From NCBI RefSeq assembly GCF_006345805.1, contig NC_043006.1:81902001-81966000 (forward strand): a stretch of DNA of 64,000 nucleotides, given 5' to 3'. Under the pieces are notes generated by a model that saw only the letters and a list, made by a program, of their open reading frames with translations, was not told where the DNA came from and searched no databases. Made by a program: the position numbers and the translations under genes. Below, piece by piece: positions 1-12,057 of this stretch (positions within the stretch are counted from its first letter, which is position 1; the number at the start of each line of letters is the position of its first letter). Origin of the DNA: Octopus sinensis (taxonomy: Eukaryota).

Positions 1-70
1 ATAGCTTACAGCTATTTATAGTTGCTACATATTATGACTTCTCTAAAAATGTTACTCTGATTTTGTTTAA

Positions 71-250
71 CACTTTAGCATTTAAACCGACCATATCCGG
101 CCAAAAGTATTCTACCTGTTTTATGTTCAAACTGACCAGATCTGGCCTCTCACACCAGCCCTACAATATCGTTTTAAAAATTAACAGCTACCTCATCAAA
201 ATCTCATAGCATCAAGATAATGCATGATGAGTTCAAAACAAAGTGGATAA
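71..250 (+). mobile_element. Non-autonomous TTAA-type (piggyBac-like) MITE, 5' part only
   Basis: Starts TTAA|CACTTTAGCATTT; reverse complement of the complete copy at 22956-23176; cut off on the right by a SINE at 261. Confidence 0.65.
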
Positions 251-260
251 AAAAAAACAT

Positions 261-665
261 AGGCGCAGGAGTGGCTGTGTGGTAAGTAGCTTGTTTACCA
301 ACCACATGGTTCTGGGTTCAGTCCCACTGCATGGCACCTTGGGCAAGTGTCTTCTACTATAGCCTCGGGCCAACCAAAGCCTTGTGAGTGGATTTGGTAG
401 ATGGAAACTGAAAGAAGCCCGTCGTATATATGTATATATATATATATATATGCGTGTGTGTGTTTGTGTGTCTGTGTTTGTTCCCCTAGCATTGCTTGAC
501 AACCGATGTCCCCGTCACTTAGCGGTTCGGCAAAAGAGACCGATAGAATAAGTACTGGGCTTACAAAAGAATAAGTCCTGGGGTCGAGTTGCTCGATTAA
601 AGGCGGTGCTCCAGCATGGCCACAGTCAAATGACTGAAACAAGTAAAAGAGTAAAAGAGTAAGAG
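261..665 (+). mobile_element. tRNA-derived SINE, family A (full length)
   Basis: tRNA-like head (TGGCTGTGTGGT ... GGTTCAGTCCC), CCTTGGGCAAGT core-like motif, internal TA/TG microsatellite, 3' (GTAAAAGA)n tail; many homologous copies in the window. Confidence 0.85.
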
Positions 666-896
666 TATTAATTTTGGCAGAATAATGTGAACACTATAGA
701 GTTAAAAGTATGCTCTTGATAGAGTGGATAGAGTTAGTTTTGGAGGCAATTTACTCAAAATGTGTGTTGTTGAGTTTCATGCAAAGCAAGTAGTGAATGT
801 GGAAGGTTTTTCTACAAGAGTAATGCTTACAGAATCATCATGGTTGGGTAGAAGAAAGAAGGATTCTACAGAGTTAGCAGAAATTTTTTAAACAAA

Positions 897-1115
897 GGCA
901 GCGAGCTGGCAGAAACGTTAGCACGTAGGGTGAAATGCTTAGCGGTACTTCGTCTGCTGTTATGTTCTGAGTTCAAATTCCACCGAGGTCGACTTTGCCT
1001 TTCATCTTTTCAGGGTTGATTAAATAAGTACCAGTTACGCACTGGGGTCGATATAATTGACTTAATCCATTTGTCCCCTCTATATCTAGCCCCTTGTGGG
1101 CAGTAAAGAAATAAG
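897..1115 (+). mobile_element. tRNA-derived SINE, family B
   Basis: GGCAGCGAGCTGGCAGAAACGTTAGC head, GAGTTCAAATTCC B-box-like motif, GACTTTGCCTTTCATC...AAGTACCAG body; more than 15 homologous copies in the window. Confidence 0.85.
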
Positions 1116-1424
1116 AAATCTTTTAAACAAGAGACTAAAAGGATTGTCTGTTGTTTAGGAGGTGGGATTATTAGAAGGCAGTATGATGCATGGAGACATC
1201 CTCCTCAGCTCAGATGATGGTTATGCAGGGTTGCAGTAATGGATAAAAGTGCTGTAGATGTGGGTGATTTAGTGCTGGGTAAGGGTGATGTAGGGATGGG
1301 TGATTTTCTCCAAATGTTATATCAAGTATGATCTGCTGTACTTGATAAGACATGTCAAGCAGAATAACATCGCTGTCTTCTACACATATAGGTTTGTCCT
1401 TTTGGGTGTTGGTGCCACTTAAGA

Positions 1425-1666
1425 AGCACCCATGCTGATACTGTGTTAGCACATCTGTGCCAGTGCTGCATCTACACATCCATGCTAGTGGCAGTGGTAA
1501 AAAGCACCCAGCATACTCTGTTAAGTGGTTGGTGTTAGGAAGGGCATCCAGCCATAAAAACCATGCTACAAAAAACAGGTGGAGTCTGAACATCTCCCTG
1601 CTAGCCAGTTCCATGTCAAACTGTCCAACCCATGCCAGCAAGGAAAGCGGACATTAAATGATGATG
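1425..1666 (+). mobile_element. Isolated RTE 3'-UTR tail
   Basis: AAAAAGCACC...GTTAGGAAGGGCATCCAGC...CCAACCCATGC...(GAT)n, matching the 3' ends of the RTE copies at 2783-4401 and 4437-6867. Confidence 0.75.
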
Positions 1667-2721
1667 CTGTTGTGGGCCATGTCTTTTTCAGCCTGAACTG
1701 TAATCAATGCTTAGAACTCTGTGTTTGTTCCTTTATATAGTTCAAGCAACACACCCATAAAGGGAAATCAAATTATATTTCAAAATATCTAGCTATCTTG
1801 AACACAGAAAATATTTAACAAATGCTAGAGTGAAATAAATTCATACATTTATTCAAAACATCCTTACATATACTTGATTATGAATAGATCAATTATGTAG
1901 AAGCTTATCTAAGAAACAGATTACATCATCAAATCATCAGAGTGTGAATAATATATGAATCTCAGCTTTAAAAGAAAGGCTAAATACTGTAGACACAATG
2001 TATCTGACACACAACTATGAATTAACTTAATGCTAATATTTTGTTTATTATGCAAGCTCTGATGATTTGATGATGCATTCTGATTATAAAGTAATTAATG
2101 AGGTTAGAATCAGATTGTAAGGTAAACTAGAAATAATGGATTTATTTATTAATGAAATGTATGTAAGTATGCATTGAATAAACACATGAAATTATCTCCA
2201 TTCTTGTTTTCCCATGTGCTTATATAGATACACACACACATGTATATGCATACAGATATATTAATATATATATATATATAAATGCATACATATATAAATA
2301 CATGGACATATATACACATAGACAAATATACACACACATATATATAAAAACAATATGCGTGCATGTACATACTTATGCATGGACACATATTTATTACAGA
2401 CTGGAACCTTACAGATACAAATCTATTTCAGAAGTTGATTATCAATGAAAAATATAGCTTTCCTCTGATAATCAGCCTTGCCTTGTGACATAGATTTCTA
2501 TCTGTAATGATTCTTGAATAAATCTGCATATTGGGTTACGTTCTATTAGATATTTCTGATCAGTCTTTCAGTGAAAACTTTGATTAATTGTTGCTAATCT
2601 CCTAACTGTCAGTCAGTACACACACACATGCATATATATGCACAGATAGATATGTATATACTTAGATACATACATATATATATTCATACATATATATATA
2701 TTCATACATATATATACATAC

Positions 2722-2767
<46 letters not shown>

Positions 2768-2782
2768 TATATAATATATATA

Positions 2783-3787
2783 CAGGCAATAACAGAGGAA
2801 TTCAAGACAGGATGCCCTTGGGAGCTCCTCTATGCTGATGACCTTGCTCTAATTGCTGAGTCGCTATCAGAACTGGAGGAGAAGTTTCAGGTGTGGAAAC
2901 AAGGATTAGAATCGAAGGGCCTCAGAGTCAATCTAGCTAAAACCAAAGTCGTAATCAGTAGGAAGGTAGACAAATCACAAACACCTTCAGGTAGATGGCC
3001 CTGCTCGATCTGTAGAAAAGGTGTAGGTAGAAACTCTATAAGATGCACCAAGTGTAAGCTATGGACACATAAGAGATGCAGCAATGTCAAAGGAAGGCTA
3101 ACTAGGAAGATGGTTTTTGTATGTGGCAGATGCTCAGGAACAATAAACACTGAAAATGCTCTGAGACCAACTTCCGTCACTTTCCAGGGAGAAAAACTAG
3201 AAATAGTTGATAGTTTCCGTTACCTAGGTGACCAAGTCAGCAGCGGGGGCGGGTGTGCTGAAAGTGTAACTGCTAGAGTAAGAATAGCTTGGGCAAAGTT
3301 CAGAGAGCTCTTACCTCTGCTGGTGACAAAAGGCCTCTCGCACAGAGTGAAAGGCAGACTGTATGATGCGTGTGTACGTACAGCCATGCTACATGGCAGT
3401 GAAACATGGGCCGTGACTGCTGAGGATATGCGTAAGCTCGCTATAAATGAAGCCAGTATGCTCCGATGGATGTGTAATGCCGGTACTCACACTCGGCAGA
3501 GTGTAAGTACCTTGAGAGAAAAGCTGGACCTAAGAAGCATCAGTTGTGGTGTGCAAGAGAGACGTTTGCGCTGGTATGGTCATGTGGCGAGAATGGATGA
3601 AGATAGTTGTGTGAAAAAGTTCCACACCCTAGCGGTTGAGGGAACCTGTGGAAGAGGCAGACCCAGGAAAACCTGGGACGAGGTGGTGAAGCACGACCTT
3701 CGAACTTTAGGTCTCACTGAGGAAATGACTAGAGACCGAGACCTCTGGAAGTGTGCTGTGCGCGAGAAGACCCGGCAGGACAAGTGA
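2783..3787 (+). CDS. RTE reverse transcriptase C-terminal remnant with embedded PHD-like finger (5'-truncated, stop-free)
   Basis: Frame is open from 2783 (QAITEEFKTGCPWELLYADDLALIAES...) to TGA at 3785-3787, extending the listed 2891-3787 ORF; C4HC3 pattern CSIC...CTKC...HKRC...CGRC. Confidence 0.9.
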   Translation, partial: QAITEEFKTGCPWELLYADDLALIAESLSELEEKFQVWKQGLESKGLRVNLAKTKVVISRKVDKSQTPSGRWPCSICRKGVGRNSIRCTKCKLWTHKRCSNVKGRLTRKMVFVCGRCSGTINTENALRPTSVTFQGEKLEIVDSFRYLGDQVSSGGGCAESVTARVRIAWAKFRELLPLLVTKGLSHRVKGRLYDACVRTAMLHGSETWAVTAEDMRKLAINEASMLRWMCNAGTHTRQSVSTLREKLDLRSISCGVQERRLRWYGHVARMDEDSCVKKFHTLAVEGTCGRGRPRKTWDEVVKHDLRTLGLTEEMTRDRDLWKCAVREKTRQDK

Positions 3788-4401
3788 GTCCATAACCCGT
3801 GGCCTTCTACATGGGATGGAGCCAGCCTACGTATGCATACCTTCCCTTCTTGGGACACAAAACTCTACTTGTGAAGACGTGATGAGGCAAGTGAGGATCA
3901 GAATCGAAATCGATCAATGGAAATTGCGGATGTGCTACCAGTGCCGGTGGCATGTCAAAACTCTGCTTGTGAAGACCCGTTGAGGCAAGTGACGATCAGA
4001 ATCGAAATCGATCAATGGAAATCGATCAATGGAAATTGCAGATGTGTTACCAGTGCCGGTGGCATGTAAGAGAACTTTCCGTTTTGCGACCGTTGCCAGC
4101 ACCGCCCCGTTTCGTGTCCGTTGCCAGCCTCGCCTGGCCCTCGTGCCGGTGGCACATAAAAAGCACCATCCGTTCATGGCCGTTTGCCAGCTCTGTCTGG
4201 CACCAGTGCGGGTGGCACGTAAAAAGCACCCACTACACTCACGGAGTGGTTGGCGTTAGGAAGGGCATCCAGCCGTAGAAACACTGCCAGATTTGACTGG
4301 GCCTGATGAAGCCTTCTGGCTTCACAGACCCCAGTAGAACCGTCCAACCCATGCTAGCATGGAAAACGGATGCTAAACGATGATGATGATGATGATGATG
4401 A
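2783..4401 (+). mobile_element. 5'-truncated RTE-clade LINE, copy 1 (ORF remnant, 3' UTR, (GAT)n tail)
   Basis: RT YADD motif, RTE C-terminal motifs (MLHGSETW, RRLRWYGHV, GRGRPRKTW), 3' UTR ending in (GAT)n at 4378-4401; begins inside a (TA)n tract. Confidence 0.95.
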
Positions 4402-4436
4402 TATATACATATATACATATACATATATATATACAC

Positions 4437-6867
4437 TGCGCTAAATGAGGATGCAAAGAGAGAGGTTTGGAGACGCCACTATGAAAGGTTGCTGAATGAG
4501 GAAAATGAATGGGATAAAGAGAGTCTGCCGAATGACGACCCGACAGAGGGACCAGCAATCCGAGTTGACAGTTCCTTAGTAGTTAAGGCAATTACAAGCA
4601 TGAAAACAGGGAAAGCCCCAGGCCCATCAGGAATTACTGCAGAGATGCTCAAAATATCTGGTAGTGTCGGCTATAGCCTAGTCACCCGTATAGTTAACCA
4701 GGTGATACACGAAGGAGTCATACCCAATGACTGTTGTAGCAGCATAATAGTCAACTGCTACAAAGGTAAAGGTGACGCCCTAGATACAAATAACTACAGT
4801 GGTATCAAGCTGCTGGATCAGGTAATAAAGGTTACGAAGAGGGTTATAGCCCAACTAATTAGAGAGAGAGTTAGCTTAGATGAGATGCAGTTTGGGTTCG
4901 TGCCAGGGAAAAGTACTACTGATGCTATATTCCTGGTAAGACAGCTGCAGGAGAAATACCTAGCCAAAGATAAGCTCCTGTACCTGGCTTTTGTTGACAT
5001 GGAGAAAGCCTTCGACAGGGTCCCCCGATCCCTTATCTGGTGGTCAATGAGGAAACTAGGGATAGATGAATGGTTAGTGAGAGCTGTGCGAGCCATGTAC
5101 AGAGACGCTGCTAGTAAGGTGAGGGTTGGCAACGAGTACAGTGAAGAATTCCGGGTAGAGGTTGGGGTCCACCAAGGTTCAGTCCTCAGTCCCCTCCTAT
5201 TCATCATAGTCCTCCAGGCAATAACGGAAGAATTCAAGACAGGATGCCCCTGGGAGCTCCTCTATGCTGATGACCTTGCTCTAATTGCTGAGTCACTATC
5301 AGAACTGGAGGAGAAGTTTCAGGTGTGGAAGCAAGGTTTAGAATCGAAGGGCCTTAGAATCAACCTAGCCAAAACCAAAGTCCTAATAAGTAGGAAGATA
5401 GACCAATCACAAACACCTTCAGGTAGATGGCCCTGCTCGATCTGTAGAAAAGGTGTAGGTAGAAACTCTATAAGGTGCACCAAGTGTAAGCTATGGACAC
5501 ATAAGAGGTGCAGCCTTCAAAGGAAGGCTAACTAGGAAAATAGTTTTTGTCTGTGGCAGATGCTCAGGAGCAATAAACACTGAAAATGTGCAGAGATCAA
5601 CTTCTTCTACGTTCCAGGGAGAAAAACTAGAAGTAGTTGATAGCTTCCGCTACCTAGGTGACCAAGTCAGGTGGGTGTGCTGAAAGTGAAACTGCTAGAG
5701 TAAGAATAGCCTGGGCTAAGTTTAGAGAGCTCTTACCCCTGCTGGTGACAAAAGGCCTCTCGCTCAGAGTAAAAGGCAGACTGTATGATGCATGTGTACG
5801 TACAGCCATGCTACATGGTAGTGAAACATGGGCTGTGACTGCTGAGGATATGCGTAAGCTCGCAAGAAATGAAGCCAGTATGCTCCGATGGATGTGTAAT
5901 GTCAGTGTTCATAATCGACAGAGTGTAAGTACCTTGAGAGAAAAGTTGGACCTAAGAAGCATCAGTTGTGGTGTGCAAGAGAGACGTTTGCGCTGGTATG
6001 GTCATGTGACGAGAATGGCTGAAGATAGTTGTGTGCAAAAGTGCCACACCCTAGCAGTTGAGGGAACCTGTGGAAGAGGTAGACCCAGGAAAACCTGGGA
6101 CGAGGTGGTGAAGCACGACCTTCGAACTTTAGGTCTCACCAAGGAAATGACTAGAGACCGAGACCTATGGAAGTATGCTGTGCGTGAGAAGACCCGGCAG
6201 GACTAGTGAGACCATAACCCGTCGCCTCTACCTGGTATGCAGCCAGTTGACTTATACATACCTTTCCTTCTTGGGACACAAAACTCCACTTGTGGAGACC
6301 CGTTGAGGCAAGTGAAAATCAAAAAATCAAAATATCAAGATCAAAATCAAACCAAATCAAATCAGATATCAGAAAGCAGAACCAAAATCAAAGTCGATCA
6401 ACATCAATGGAAATTGCAGCTGTGATACCAGTGCCGTAACAAGTAAGCGAACCATCCGATCGTGGCCGTTGCCAGCGTCGCCCCGTCTGGCCTCTGTGCC
6501 CGTTGCACGTAAAAAGCACCATCCGTTCGTGGCCGTTGCCAGCCTCGCCTGGCCCCCATGCCGGTAGCACATAAAAGCTCCATCCGTTCGTGGCTGTTGT
6601 CAGCCCCGCCTGGCCCCCGTGCCAGTGGCACATAAAAAACACCATACGTCCGTGGCCGTTTGCCAGCTCCGTCTGGCACCTGTGCGGGTGGCACGTAAAA
6701 AGCACCCACTACACTCACAGAGTCGTTGGCGTTAGGAAGGGCATCCAGCCATAGAAACACTGCCAGATCAGACTGGGCCTGATGCAGCCTTCTGGCTTCA
6801 CAGACCCCAGTTGAACCATCCAACCCATGCTAGCATGGAAAGCGGACGCTAAATGATGATGATGATA
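4437..6867 (+). mobile_element. 5'-truncated RTE-clade LINE, copy 2
   Basis: Same family as copy 1 but longer; 3' UTR with internal ~60-bp repeats and (GAT)n tail ending near 6867. Confidence 0.95.
4438..6208 (+). pseudogene. Frameshifted RTE reverse transcriptase ORF
   Basis: RT motifs QFGFVPGKSTTDAIF, FVDMEKAFDRVP, GVHQGSVLSPLLF, YADD in ORF 4489-5535; frame breaks near 5516 and 5665 relative to copy 1; continues in ORF 5658-6206. Confidence 0.92.
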
Positions 6868-6930
6868 TACATATATATATATATATATACATATACATAC
6901 ATACATGCACACATGCATACATACATACAT

Positions 6931-6963
<33 letters not shown>

Positions 6964-7028
6964 ATATATATATAATATATATATATACATATACATACAT
7001 ACATGCACACATGCATACATACATACAT

Positions 7029-7061
<33 letters not shown>

Positions 7062-7085
7062 ATATATATATATATATATATATAT

Positions 7086-7390
7086 CCATGAATAGTCTGT
7101 GATGCATTATAACCACAGACCAGCTGTGCAAGAAACTCACAGATTGTAACTCATTTGTCTACATGAATCAGTTTAACCCCTTGGTGGCAATTTGTGTCAA
7201 TGGTTACAGTTGGTGGTCTCCCACTGCAGAGCTTATCTTCAGTCCAAGTTCCTGCTTATTTAAACTTCATCTTTTGTTTTTACACAGCTCTTGGCAATGG
7301 CATCATCTCCATTAACAGCTTTTTGCATTCTGTGGATACCAAACAGTCTACATTCCTTCTTGGTCAAAAATTCAATGATGGCATGCTTAG
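7086..7390 (-). pseudogene. Degenerate mariner transposase N-terminal (HTH) fragment
   Basis: Manual translation HAIIEFLTKKECRLFGIHRMQKAVNGDDAIAKSCV / EDKLCSGRPPTVT...[27 protein letters not shown] matches the mariner HTH and ED.PRSGRP motifs; has stops and a frameshift. Confidence 0.8.
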
Positions 7391-7496
7391 ATGGCTCCTT
7401 AGATCCCTTTATTTGCATGCAATGAAGAAGAACAAGAAGAGCTACTATAGAGGAAGAATTTCTCTATCAACATGTGTGCAATATGAATGCCAGCTT

Positions 7497-8000
7497 AAGG
7501 TGGTAAGCTGGCAAAATCATTAGCACAGTGAGCAAGATACTTAGTGGCATTTCATCCATCTTTATATTGTGAGTTCAAATTCTGCTGGGGTCTACTTTAC
7601 TTTTCATCTTTCTGAGATCAATAAAATAAGTACCTATTTCTTTACTACCCACAAGGGGCTAAACACAGAGGGGACAAACAAGGACAGACACACGGATTAA
7701 GTCGATTACATCGACCCCAGTGCGTAACTGGTACTTATTTAATCGACCCCCGAAAGAATGAAAGGCAAAGTCGACCTCGGCGGAATTTGAACTCAGAACG
7801 TAACAGCAGACGAAATACCACTAAGCATTTCACCCGGCATGCTAACGTTTTTGCCAGCTCACCGCCTTTCATCATTTCATCAATTTCATCATTTCATCAA
7901 TAAAATCAATAAAATAAGTACCATTGAGTACTGGGGTCAGTGTATTTGACTTGACCCCTCTCCCGAAATTTATGGCCTCATGCCACAGTTTGAGACCAGT
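7497..8000. mobile_element. Nested family B SINEs (minus copy ~7635-7865 inside a plus copy)
   Basis: The plus-strand body breaks at AATAAAATAAGTACC and resumes near 7905 after a complete reverse-oriented copy. Confidence 0.75.
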
Positions 8001-9529
8001 ATAAATGACCAATGTCAGTTAATAAAAAGTTATGCCTATTCCGCATTACCTTTGGTACAATTTACCTCAGTGATCTTTCATGCTACTGCAGAATGTAAGC
8101 ATTGAGATAGACACAGACACCACAGGCTGAATTACTAGATATATGTATGGGACAGGCTTTGTGTGGTTGCAGCATATTAAATTCACAAGGTATTGATCAG
8201 CCAGAAACTACAGTAGAAGAAACAAGCTCAAGATGCAGTACAATGGGACTGAACCTGAAACCACATCATTGTGAAACAATCTTCTTAACCACACTCCTAT
8301 GCCTGCACTTCATCCATGGCTACACCGTTTACACACGCATGCTTACTCAGAGACATGGAGACAGACAATCAATCAGGCAGCCAGACAGACAGATATACAT
8401 CCAAACATCCAATCAGAGAGGAAGTATTACCCTCTCTGTCAGTTTCAGCCTTTTGCTTTTACAAGAGAAACTTAATGAGAGACATTATTTACTTTACCAT
8501 TTATTTATCCCTAAACAGCCATTTTGTCTGCAGCTATCTCCAATTAATCTGGATTAACAGAAAACCTGTGTGTAAACATACTATTCATGCTGGACAACTA
8601 ACAGTCAAGAGTGCTCCATCCTCCACCTCTCTTTCCCTTTCTCTTTCTCTTTCCATTCACCCTGACAGGAATTTATTGCGAGGGTGGAGTGTGGAGTGAG
8701 GGTATAGTTTGGATTTGAGTGGCACCAGATGGTTGTGTCATCAAGTGCTGAAATCTTTTAAGAGAAAGATAGGAACCAAGATAAGCAGAGAGTGAAGTGT
8801 GCGCATGCATACATGTGTGTGTGTGTGTGTGCGCATGCATACATGTATGTGTGTGCGTGCGCGCGCGCGCGCGTGCTAGGTAATGACATACAGACAGTTG
8901 TAAATAACAGAAATGATGTTTGCGGTCCCTTCCTTATTATTGCTGCTGTTTAGCCCCGGGTCAGTTCTAATCAAGCAAACTTTATGATCAAAAGTCTTCA
9001 GAGTACATTCCCAGTCATGGCCATCACGTCTTTTGTTTTTTTAGAAATAGTATACCCAGGATTATATTATCTAATATGTTCTTCCATTTTATTTTTTAGT
9101 ATGCACTGAGTTAAATTTGGCTGTTATTGCTAGCAGGCTGAACGGTCACATGTATGTTTCCACATTGGTATATGTAATCTATTTATTAGCTCTTGTTTCC
9201 TTGATGGTGTCAAAACCCAAAGGGTTTTTCCATCATGGCATCCAACTGTAGTGAGGGTTTATTCATACTCATCACCATCATTATTCTAAAGTCCACTTTC
9301 CTAATTCATTGAAGCAGATTTTCTATGGCTAGATGAACGTCTTGTCACTAGCCCTCACCTGTTTCCAGGTATGGTAAATATTTCCCCTTGGCCGGACATG
9401 TATTCATGGAAGACTGAAAATGAATGATACCACTTGCAGTGACATTTGCTTACAACTATCATGCAAAGCCAAGATAAGGAGACACAACACACACACACAC
9501 ACACATAAATATGGATATATATATATATA

Positions 9530-9942
9530 TGAGGGGGTACTGAAAAGCTCCGGGATATAGGTAATAGAAAATACAGGAAGATCAATTAATTATGATTTTC
9601 TCCCCTGGCACCTGTGCCAGTGGCACGAAAAAAGCACCCACTACACTCACGGAGTGGTTGGCATTAGGAAGGGCATCCAGCTGTAGAAACACTGCCAGAT
9701 CAGACTGGAGCCTGGTGCAGCCTCCTGGGTTTTCCAGACCCTGGTCGAACCGTCCAACCCATGCTAGCATGGAAAACGGACGTTAAACAATGATGATGAT
9801 GATGATTCCCCTCTCAGATTCACGCACTTATTGCAGCGGTCCTTCAGTCTTTCTAAGCCCTGTAAAAGAACTCAGAAGGTTGGGCCTCAAACAAGGCTTT
9901 TTGCAATACCCTTAAAGCCAGGAACTTTTCAGCACCTCCTTG
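9530..9942 (-). mobile_element. Internally deleted mariner element, split by an RTE tail
   Basis: TA|TGAGGGGGTACTGAAAAG ... CTTTTCAGCACCTCCTTG|TA terminal inverted repeats; minus strand reads QGLERLKDRCNKCVNLRGE, typical of mariner C-termini. Confidence 0.8.
9607..9804 (+). mobile_element. RTE 3' tail inserted in the mariner relic
   Basis: Near-identical to 4195-4401 including the (GAT)n tail. Confidence 0.85.
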
Positions 9943-10615
9943 TATATACACATACACACATACGATGGGCATATTTCAATTTCTGTCTACCTAATCCACT
10001 CACAAGTCTTTGGTCAACCCAGGATTATAGTAGAAGATACTTGCTCAAGGTGCCATACAGTGGGATTGAACCCAAAGCCATGTAATCGAACAGTGAAATT
10101 CTTAACTACATATCCTTGCCTGTGCTTATCCATGCTGGTCCCTATCTCTTCCCCCCTGGTTTTCAGACATAGTACAATATTTAGAAATTCATTATTGTTT
10201 AACATTACTAATGCTATTTTTAGCAGGTCATAGTAACAAGTTTCCTATGCTGGCCCTGTTGGTGGTACTAGTATTGTTGTTATTAGTGGTGGTAGTGATG
10301 GAGGTGGTGGTGGTGATGGTAGTTTAATTTCTGTGAGATTTGGTGGGTATTAATGATGATGGTGGTGCTGATGAAGTTTACTGAGTTTGACATTTTTTGT
10401 AGGTTACCCGCACTTTTAATGAAAAAAATTTGGTTTATTTATAAGTTCAATCCCAACCTGGGTAGAGGAACATAAAAATGGCAAACCATACAGATCAAGT
10501 CTTTAGAAACAGCATTTAAAGAAACAGAAATGATAAGATCAACAAAATTTAAAACAAACTAAAAAGAAATCATTGTACCAATATGTATTGTGGATAAGCA
10601 AAAATCTTTATAACA

Positions 10616-10775
10616 GGTGCAGGTGTGGCTGTGTGGTAAGAAGCTTACTTCTCAATCATATGGTTCGAGGTTCAGTCCCACAGTGTGACACCTTGGGCAA
10701 GTATCTTCTACCATAACCTCAGCAGACCAAAGCCTTGTGAATGGGTTTGGTAGATGGAAACTGAAAGAAGCTCTT

Positions 10776-10868
<93 letters not shown>

Positions 10869-11105
10869 CTGTATGTATGTATATATCTATGTGTGGGTGT
10901 CTCCGTATCTGTGTTTGTCCCCCACTACAACATGACAACTGGTGGTGGTGTGTTTACATCCCTGTAACTGAACAGTTTGGCAAAAGAAACTGACAGAGTA
11001 AGTACTAGGCTTCAAAAAATAATATGCCCTAGAATCAATTTGCTTGAGTGAAATTGTCCAAGGCAGTGCCCCGGCATGGCCGCAGTCAAATGACTGAAAG
11101 AGTAA
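10616..11105 (+). mobile_element. SINE family A (full length, expanded TA/TG centre)
   Basis: Homologous to 261-665. Confidence 0.8.
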
Positions 11106-11753
11106 ATGATAAACAATAAACAAAATGCCATGCAAAAGTGGTGAAAATAGAGGTGTTAAGATGTGAGGGAGAACCTTCAGGGTACAAGGTGGGTAGAAAT
11201 GTGTAGGGTAGAGAGACCAGAGATTGGGAATGGGTGAGGGAGGAGAGGTAGGTGACCACTGTAAGACTTTGGTAGGGTTGAAGGATGGATGCAGTGAATG
11301 GTGAATGACCAACAATGAAAGGTTTAGGCAAGGAAGTAGGAGATGACAGAAAATTGTTTATGAAGGCTTGAGTAGAACAACAGGAAAAATTTCCCCAGGA
11401 TGCTTCATTCCATCTCTTAATGTTTAGCACCTATTCATTTAATCCATCTGTTACCATATTCTATTGAAATACACTGCCTTTTGTTTCATTTTCTTTGTTT
11501 TCTATTTTTGTTTAAATAATGAAGAATTCAATAAAATAATTTTGTCATTATTAAGCTATCAATGCCTTCACATTATCTATCACAGTCCACTCTCAGAACC
11601 GCTCCTATATCTTTTACATTCACTTGCTACAGTCACCTCTACCCCATCTCTAACCTACCCCCTTGCCACTCTTATGAAATATCTCCACCCCATTAACACC
11701 ATCCCCACACTGCTCACTCACCCTGTCTGAACCACATCACTTATATTCACATA

Positions 11754-11799
<46 letters not shown>

Positions 11800-11802
<3 letters not shown>

Positions 11803-12010
11803 CGGGAAGCTTTATGAAAATAGACAAAAGACGAAGGCAGGTGGAAAACAAACGAACAATTGTATTAGTATGGCGCTCAGGAAATATAAATAAAACAAGT
11901 CTTTAACGTTTCGAGCCTACGCTCTTCAACAGAAAGATACACAGAGAGAAAAAAAACACAGAAAGAAGGAGAGAAAAAAAATGCGTGCAGTAACTAACAA
12001 ATCAACATGG

Positions 12011-12012
<2 letters not shown>
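11800..12012 (-). mobile_element. Penelope-like terminal repeat fragment with minimal hammerhead-like motif (11900-11937)
   Basis: Minus strand TCTTT CTGTTGA A GAGC-GTAG-GCTC GAAA CGT T AAAGA; second copy at 17925-18143; flanked by (TA)n. Confidence 0.55.

Positions 12013-12057
<45 letters not shown>

Noticed and set aside
4303-4330. CTGATGA-AGCC-TTCT-GGCTT in the RTE 3' UTR as a hammerhead
   Set aside because: The hairpin is not followed by GAAA, and the other UTR copies lack CTGATGA.
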